DNA from: Sphagnum compactum
Taxonomy: Eukaryota
DNA: 64,000 nucleotides
Assembly: GCA_965153455.1 (NCBI GenBank)
Contig: OZ234493.1
Location: 3,782,001-3,846,000, forward strand
Direction: 5' to 3'
Positions within the stretch are counted from its first letter, which is position 1. Each line of letters begins with the position of its first letter. The notes under the pieces are model-generated. The model was not told the DNA's origin. It saw nothing but the letters and a program-made list of their open reading frames with translations, and ran no database searches. The position numbers and the translations under genes are program-made. Positions 55,661-64,000 of the stretch are shown piece by piece.

Positions 55661-57794
55661 TAGTCTACACTAAATAGATTACCCAACTGGTAGTTTATAC
55701 TAAGTATGGTTTTTATTTACATCATTGGAATTTGTTACATAATATTGAAAGAATGTTGAACTTATCTGTCTAGCATCTAGAGGTAAGGATATCATGATTA
55801 GAGTTTTGTGAAATTTGGGGATGCGAATGCCATTCATCACAACCAAACAATGTTAGAGGACTATCTTTTTATAACATTACTATGGTTTTTTTTGGTGTTG
55901 CACAATTGCCATGTCTAGAAAGGGATCTTTGATCTTCCACTAATTACAATAACAAATGTATTTGGATACGTTATACTTTGGTCATGGCAATTAATAACCT
56001 CGTATGGGTAAGCATGTGTTTACTAAACATGGTTGTTGTGTGTAGCCTTTCGTCTATGACTTCAGATTTTGTATATAAGTTTTCCAAGTGGAATGCAAAA
56101 AATATTTTCTTGAAATGCAATTTTGACGTGCACATTTTGCCATGTTTTTTGTGTTTTCATTATGTTTTGCAACTCTTATGTGCATGTGCATGAAAAATAA
56201 TGTGCATGTGCAATTAATACCTATTCGTCTATATTTAATGTATACAAGGTTTAAGGATATAAATAGTTATAAAACCTAAACTCGAAACTCATGGTAAGTT
56301 AATTTAGACCTTAGTTTGGTAAGAAAACCAAAAAATAATAATTATACTAAATGGACATGTATCCAATCTTGTATGGCTAGTATAAGAACCACATGTCAAT
56401 ACATATAAGTTTGACAAACATTAGTCATGCCATGTAACCATTAAATAAATAAATAACCATTAATTAGTCATAATAAACATACTGATCTGAATGATATGAC
56501 TAATGGCTTCCACATGCCACCAAAGGCATGAAAGATCTATCATAAAACATTTGACATTTGGCACAAAAGTTAGTCAATTTAATCACAAAGTTTTGACATT
56601 GACACCCATGTCACTAGTCATATTAATCATCTTAGTTGCCAACAATATGATGTTTGACACCCACATCAATTACACATATACTATATTTTAGTCAATATGG
56701 ATTTGACATATGGCATCCTACATCACCTAGTACATCAATCATTTTAGTCAATTTGAACATGTTAGTTTTGAGTCAAAATTTTAATCAAATTGTTGTTTAA
56801 AATGATTTGACCATTTTGATTGAAGCCCAATTTGTCCACTTTCAATTATGATTGAAATTTCAATACAAAAAAACCAATATACAAGCCATGTTTTGTTGTA
56901 GTTTGTTTTGTGTTTGTTTTGCTTCTGCTAGTTTATGTTTTTGTAAGAGTTTTGGTTTTGCTTAATTCTTGTTTGTGTTGCAAGTGAATAGCTTTTTGGT
57001 TATATGCATTGTGATTAGTATTGAACCTAATCACATAATACTATAAATGGTGATTAAAAAACCCCAAAATATCATTGTTAATAGAACAAATCTAGAAAAC
57101 AAGAGGTCCTTGGCATTCACAAAAACCCTAAGCTAGTAGAAAAATTGCAAACACACATGAAGAATTCATATAATACAAAGGTAAGAGTGAGAAATAAATG
57201 TAATAGGGACTCTAGCTTTTAGATTTTGAAACTTTGTTTGAAACCTAACACAATTGGCATTGTGTGTGCTTCAAGATTGAACAATCGATTTCACCTTCAA
57301 AGTTAAACTCCCTTGTAATTTCAAAGAGCTACACAAATCTTAGAGGTTGAAAAAGGTGATGGTAGCGATAGAAACATTATTGCTTGAGGTGGTACTAGCA
57401 CTAGAGGGGATGTTATGAAATGAGCAAAGGCAAATGGGCCAATTGATGAGGTGAAAAAATGTGACCTTGCCACAATTTGCTACATCCAAGGGCTGATTTT
57501 ATATTTGTTAACAACTTATTGTAGCCATGAATTATTCATGTGGATGGCATCCCTCTCAAATGTTGGATTTTGGTGGAAATAATCACATCCTAGGCCCAAA
57601 ATAAACCTAGGAAATGGAACCAATCTTTTTTAAGGTTGAAAAAATGTGAATATTTACACCCAATAGAAACATTGTTATGCAATTTACTTATTTAAAAATT
57701 TGTTAGAATAATGAAAACAAACAACTCATCTACTATTAAGGAAGATAATTTGCTTGTTTTGTTTATTTGTCATGTTGAAATCTTCCAAACCATG

Positions 57795-57837
<43 letters not shown>

Positions 57838-57991
57838 CGCGTGTTCACGCCCACCTCATTTTTTGGTATTGTAAAAAAGCCCTCAAAAAGGCCATGTGCC
57901 CTAAAGTGGTTTTGTAATGTTTAGACTTAGACCTAACTTGCAAGGGTTATTGAATATTGAAAAAAAATGTCAGTTTTTCTTAAAAAAGGTC

Positions 57992-58594
57992 ATTTACCAA
58001 TGGGCAATATTATTGGATTTTTTTTTTGTTGGAAACCTTTTTCATTTTTTCATTATAGATAATAATTACATTCCAACATTACCAAAAGTTTTGACCGGAA
58101 CTAAAATTTAAAAATAAATTGGGGCAATCTCTTGGTACTCTCAATGAGTGAGTCTTTTGGAGGCGATTCCATTATATTTTGACTTACGGTGAATCATTTT
58201 TCTAATTGTAAACTAATTTAAAATAAAAGAATGTATTCACAGTAGGGTTCTATCATTAGGATCATGTTCACACTTGGAATAGTTACATAATTTGAAATTT
58301 AATAAGGGCTATTTACCCATGAGTGATATTATTGGACTTTTTTTTGTTGGAAACATTTTTTTTATCATAGATAATGATTACATTTCAATATTACCAACAA
58401 AATTGACCAAAACTGCATTTTAAAAGAAAATTGGGGCAATCTCTTGGTACTCTTGATGAGTGCGATTTTTTTGGAGGCGATTCCATTATATTTTTACCTA
58501 CGGTGGGTCTTTTTTCTCATTGGAAATAATTTAAATTTTTTAAAAAATGTACTCATAATAAGGCTCTATCATCAGGATCTTGTTCACACTTGGA
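57992..58594. repeat. Tandem duplication, ~320-bp period, two copies
   Basis: TTTACC.ATG.G..ATATTATTGGA...TTGGGGCAATCTCTTGGTACTCT...GGATC.TGTTCACACTTGGA at ~57992-58278 and ~58312-58594. Confidence 0.85.
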
Positions 58595-58618
58595 CCAAGC
58601 GCACATGCTACACTAGCC

Positions 58619-58933
58619 TTTATTGGCGTTGCCTACCAAGGCAAGGATATTGTGTTTAGATTCATTATAGAGGATAGTAACTTAAGGGATTTTGGCCCCT
58701 ACATAATAGGTCTATTTTTATATGAGGATTTTTGGAAGATGATATTTTGGCTTGTGTTGAAACTTGAGATTAGTTACAGAGTTATAATATTTTTTGAAGG
58801 ATTTTGGTTTCTTTTAGACGATTTTTTGAAAGATTATATTTTTTGCATGATGAAGTATTTGAGTTTTCACAATTCTTGGTTTGCATTAAGAGACTTTTTA
58901 ACGTAAATGGCAAGGCCACGGTGTGACGCACCC
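58619..58933 (-). mobile_element. ~320-bp dispersed non-autonomous element, copy 3
   Basis: Reverse complement of 29397-29717. Confidence 0.82.
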
Positions 58934-60902
58934 ACCACCCCTTGTTATACAAGCTCTTGAGCTTTCATTGGAGTATGAACCTCATTGGAGGCAACACATA
59001 CCTACAATTCTGTTTTGTTTTCTCATTTGCTTTTCTCCCCCACCCTCCACCCAACACTTTTGAAACTGCTGATCTGATCTCTTCTGATCTCCATGAGAGA
59101 GAGAGAGAGAGATCCTTTATGGTAAGTTAAGATCATAGGGAAATCTCATTCAGGAACAACCACAAGCAAAAGCAACAAGGCACTTTACATTATGAGATAC
59201 ACATGAGCATACTTGCTACTACTACCAAGTAATCATATTATGACCTTATGAAAGGAGTTCCCCCATTATACTCACAACAACTACTATGACACGAAGGTGT
59301 CAAATACATTATCGTGTTTCACTTGGACACATGCCCATCATGCACAAATATACGTTGGTATAATTACTACTAGGTTAAATCATTTTGCTTGTGAGTGAAG
59401 AGGACGCCCATCATTCTCACACAATCACACTAAGGTAAATTATATATTGTAGTAGCTCTTTTTTCAGGTTCAGTGGTAATTAAATTATTGTTGAAAATGT
59501 TATAAATTTTTTTAGAAATTTTTTGTTTGAAATGTCAAATTTTAAGGAAATAATACAAAGGGAGGGGGGGGAAAAAAAAGAAAAAAGGATACGAAACTTG
59601 GTGGAAACCTAGGAGCTTCTTGATCCACCATTGCAAAGCAAGTATCCAATAAATTGAGAGTTCATTTCTCCATCCTATAATTTTGTGGAACAATGTTATG
59701 TCTCTTTATTGCCAAAATTCCGCAAATTGTTGATTCTAACATTGAAGTGGATTTTGAAAAATATAAATATAATTATTTGACACCCGAGTACCAAACCTGA
59801 AAAGTTACTATGGTATTTTAATTTGCTTATACATCATGCTCTTGGGGAAAATATCATGGGGATACTATTACTAGGTAATAATAATCATTCCCTTTTGGAG
59901 AGGAGGAAGTCCCTTCCATTATTCACACAAAAAAACAACCACATGACCGAAGGTGAAGAATTTGTTTTGTTTTGTTTTGTTTTGCTTCTATATCATGGCT
60001 ATTCATGAGCTATTGAGCTTTGAAGAAATGGAACTAGTATACATATATATATATTCTTCCTATTGAATGGGGTTGCATACAATTCTTCAGAATATAATTC
60101 TTTGGAATGAATCTAGTACTCTCTTGCCAATCAATGAATGCCACCAACTTATTATGAGAGCTACTCCTTGAACAAACCCATAAAGAAGGGTTGTGTTTGG
60201 TAAATATGTAAAGAGGTTGGGGGGAAAGAAAGGGGGTGGGAGGGGGGGAAGGGGGGTTTTTGAGTTGGGTTGTAGGCCCAAAGTTAGGGAGTTTTTAGTG
60301 TTTTCTAATTGATGGGTTTAGGGTTTTAGGGTTTTAGGGTTTAAGTTTGTAGTGTTTTTTTGTAATTTTTAATGTAAACCCTTCACCAACTGGCCAGAGT
60401 GAAGAACCAGCATTCACCTAGATTGGTAAGTAAGTGCCCTTCACCTTCTTGAGTGAAGAAGCCTCTTTAGACCCATCTCCTCTACAAACCCACAGGAGAG
60501 TAAAAATGGCCTGTCTAGGAGGTACTATATTTTGGATGAATGATAGGAGTCAGATAGAATGAAACTCTTTGTTTGGGTCTGTGAAATATGCCCCCCAAAG
60601 ATGGATGATATAACTATGGCTACCTGATGACTGACAAAGAGCAATGACAATGAGTGAGTGAGTGAGTACCTATGTACTAACTTCTTTATAAGTAGACCAA
60701 GTTGGTTGATAATGAGTGTGGGGGGTTCCCACTAGCCAAACTTAATAGTCTACTTGGTCTGACATGTTGACCCTTGTGAACCTTCTAGAATCACTAGTTT
60801 TTTCAACTTTTCTCAAGGTTTTTTTTTTTATAAAATTATTATTATTATTATTTTAAATTTAATTTTTACATTTTTTTAAAATTTAAAATTGTCAAAAAAC
60901 AA

Positions 60903-61280
60903 GGGATGTGTCACACTATGGCCTTGCCATTTTTACATTTAAAAGTATCTTAAGGCAAAAGAAGAATTATGGAAAACTCAAAATATATTTCACCCATGCA
61001 AAAATATAATCTTCAGAAAGAATCATCTAAAATGAAACCAAAAAGCCTTCAAGATATTATAACTCTCTAACTAATCTCAAGTTTTAACACAAGCCAAAAT
61101 ATCATCTTTTCCAAAATCCTCATATAAAAAAATTAGACCTATTATTATTATTATTGTTATTATTATTATTATTATTATTATTTACCTAGCTAGGGGGGGC
61201 CAAACTCCCTTAAGCTACTATACTCTATAATGAAACTAAACACAATATCCTTGCCTACCAAGGTAGGCAAGGCCAATAAA
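60903..61280 (+). mobile_element. ~320-bp dispersed non-autonomous element, copy 4, expanded by a (TTA)n microsatellite at 61141-61183
   Basis: Collinear with 29397-29717. Confidence 0.82.
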
Positions 61281-62269
61281 GTTTGGAATTTGTTGTTGAA
61301 GTAGATGCTCTAATGGAGTAGCACATCAAGCCAAGGGGATGATGGTAAGTGGGTTTGTCCTATTGTACACACCCAAATGACCAAGTCCTTTACAATGGAA
61401 GATGGTGTCAACCCATCAATTGTGTTTGTTGTGAATGGGTTGTATTTAATACCTACAAGTCTTTTAATGGGCCTTTTTCAGGGTTGGTAGGAAGAAAGAT
61501 AGATGGGACCACACAATTGATCTGCTTTGGTCATCACTTTGTAAGTAATTGATCTTGTAGTAGTAGTAGTAGTAGTAGGCTAGTAGCCATCAAAAGGGGA
61601 AGGAAGGGTTGTTCATTGCCAACACTTTTTAACTCTAAGAAAGGACATTGCATAATATTGGGTTGATGAAATACCATGCAAGAAGAAATTGTGCACAATT
61701 TTGGAGAGGTTTCATCATGGAGATCTGATGAATGATTTTCATCATTTTTTTCATTCTTTTTTGGGGACAATCAAGTTATCTGTAAAAGTCCTCCCCAGTT
61801 GGATACCCTACTATCTCATCCTTTATTTCAGTTTCATCCCTTATTGGTTATCTGTCAAGTCCCCAAGACTGGGGATGAAATCTAGAAACTGGGGATCAGA
61901 TTTTAAAATAAGGGGTGAAATTTTTATTTTTATTTTTATTTTTTTTATTTTTTTTTTGACTTTTTGGTCGACTCTTTTGGATTTTTTTGGGACTCCTTGG
62001 ACTGATTTTTTTAATTTTTTTAATTTATGGTTTTCACTTAAGGCACTCCTTCCTTTGGGTATGCACTTTTGTGCATATTTTTGTGGGGTTTTCATCACAA
62101 TATTTTTGCTAGGGTTGCACCATGGACTACATCGGATGTTTTCTAGGGCTTTCACACTTTCACACTTCATTTTTTCTCGCTTAATTTTTTTAGTGTGTTT
62201 TATTTGTTCTTGCATTTTTATTATTAGAGTTTCATTTAGATTTCTTTTGAGGTTTCATTTAATGTGCCA

Positions 62270-63002
62270 TTTAGGATTCATGTGGAATTGGAACAATAGT
62301 GTAGTTTGTGATGATGCAATTTTCATTGCATCCTCCATTAATGAAACCTTAGACCATGAGATCAAGTGGCTTACTATGGAGGAACATGCTACACTTGGTA
62401 TGCATATTCCTGAGTTCCACAATTGTATCGGGTTCATTGATGGGATTTTCATTGAAATCCGCAAGCCCTAGAACAATGATGCATCATGATCCATCAATGA
62501 TGTTGTATAAACAACACATTTGTGATTGACCATTGTGGATTGTTCATTTACCTTGATAGTGAATATCCTTCTTCCATGCATGATGTGACCATCTTGTGCG
62601 AATATGATTTGTGCAAAACTTGGCTTGAATGTATTATGCATACAAATGACTATTTCAAATATCTATCGGGTGACCTAGGTTATATGGATGAAGAGATGTT
62701 TGTGATGGGCAGCTTGAGAGGCATGAACTTGCCCCTAGCCATGACCTAATGTAGTGCATGCATATCATAAAATGCATGTGGGGTATAAAGTGCAAATGGA
62801 ATGGGGAATTAGTGGATTGAAGCGGAAATGGAAAATATTCATGAAGCATTTCAATTCCACAAAACCCAAGTACAATCATTTGTTCAAAACTACAACTATT
62901 TTGATTAATTTCTTACATAAACATCACATAAACTTCACATATGAAGTTATTGGGGAGCACATAGACAATCTAGTTTATTATGATTGGGATGAAAACTTTT
63001 AG
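62270..63002 (+). mobile_element. Decayed PIF/Harbinger (HARBI1-like, DDE_Tnp_4) transposase
   Basis: EIKW...IPEFHNCIGFIDGIFIEIRKP, IDHCGLFIYLDSEYPSSMHDVTIL, YLSGDLGY, YHKMHVGYKVQMEWGISGLKRKWK; stops and frameshifts. Possible N-terminal remnants at ~61300-61700. Confidence 0.87.
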
Positions 63003-64000
63003 TTACAAGTTTAACATTTCCTTAATCTGAGCCTTAAATTTTTCATCTATCAAAACTCTTAGGTTTTTAGTTGTTTTGATATTACTGAGCCTAACCTACT
63101 TCTTCTTTTTTATATTAACCTCCATTTTGAAAATAAAAAAATAAAAAATCTCAAAAATTTCATGAGAATTTTGATGAATTGAATAAAAAACTTGTATTAA
63201 TCATTTAGATGAATAAATACTAAAACATTTAAAATCAGAACAATGAAAATATGAAAATTGATACATATTACTAAATGTGAATTACAGTTCACATTTCATA
63301 TCATATATAGGAAGAGAAGGAAATCTTTGTGGAAGAAAGGAAGGAACTTTTGTAACTAAAAAATAATGAAGACGTATAAATAATGGATGAAAATAAAATT
63401 ATATATATACATATACTAGACTGAAATATTTGAAAACCCCATGTACCAAACTTTAAAAACTTGAATTGCCAAAATATTCTTGTAACCTATAATTAATTGA
63501 TTCAACATTTGCTTATTGAAACTTAGATCATCCATACCATGGATAACATCATCGTAACATTTTATTTTTCTTCTTGGTTGAGCAAGGAACTAATTGCAAT
63601 TGGAATTAATTAATCTCAAATCCAAATAATTGGGGCTAGTTTTTTACAAGTTTTCTAGAGTTTAATTTTTTGCAAACATGCTACCAATTAATGCTAAATA
63701 TTTTTTGAAAAAATTGCTAATGATTTTTTTTATATAAAATGTTTTAAAAAAACTAGTTTGCACAACCCAAATGAGAAATTGAAGTTGAAATTGGTACCTT
63801 CTTGATATAAATATATTATAATCTTCCAAAAATAGATGCAATGACATGTATATATAGTCTATAATTCTTGTTATGGTGGAAGATAAATTTGATGAACTCC
63901 TAATAGCCACTTGACTTCTTACCTTCATCCAAAAACTAAATCAAAAGACTAGTCAATCCAATTACGTTAATTGTTAATGTGATATAGGTAGTGTGACCAC

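Noticed and set aside
57797-57835. Long poly-C run (also poly-G at ~9536-9555)
   Set aside because: Simple homopolymer of unreliable length; no function supportable.
60314-60342. Telomere-like TTTAGGG/TTTTAGGG repeats (also ~24082, 24212)
   Set aside because: Only 2-4 degenerate units; common interstitial motif.
61689-62270. 260-aa hydrophobic ORF as a membrane protein
   Set aside because: T-rich low-complexity sequence running into the Harbinger transposase frame; only the 3' part is a coding relic.

Overview
Eukaryotic, intron-containing land-plant nuclear DNA. Composition and repeat style suggest a bryophyte such as Sphagnum (inference). Host genes: the last two exons of a phage-type organellar RNA polymerase (RpoT, +), a complete 8-exon DA2/GW2-like RING E3 ligase (-) and a complete 4-exon class III peroxidase (-). 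The rest is nested transposon debris. The standout is a 13.2-kb decayed Ty3/Gypsy-like retroelement (36958-50123, -) with domain order gag-protease-C5 DNA methyltransferase-RT-RNaseH-DDE integrase-PHD finger. It ends in split direct repeats (A...B-A-B) with no standard target-site duplication, and a 2.6-kb solo-LTR-like insert carrying an intact orphan ORF interrupts its protease. A second, much more decayed protease+DNMT relic lies at ~13.8-17 kb with an EF-Tu (tufA) fragment in its putative gag region. Also present: CACTA, PIF/Harbinger and hAT relics, MITEs and several tandem arrays. All calls come from manual translation and alignment; no database search was run.
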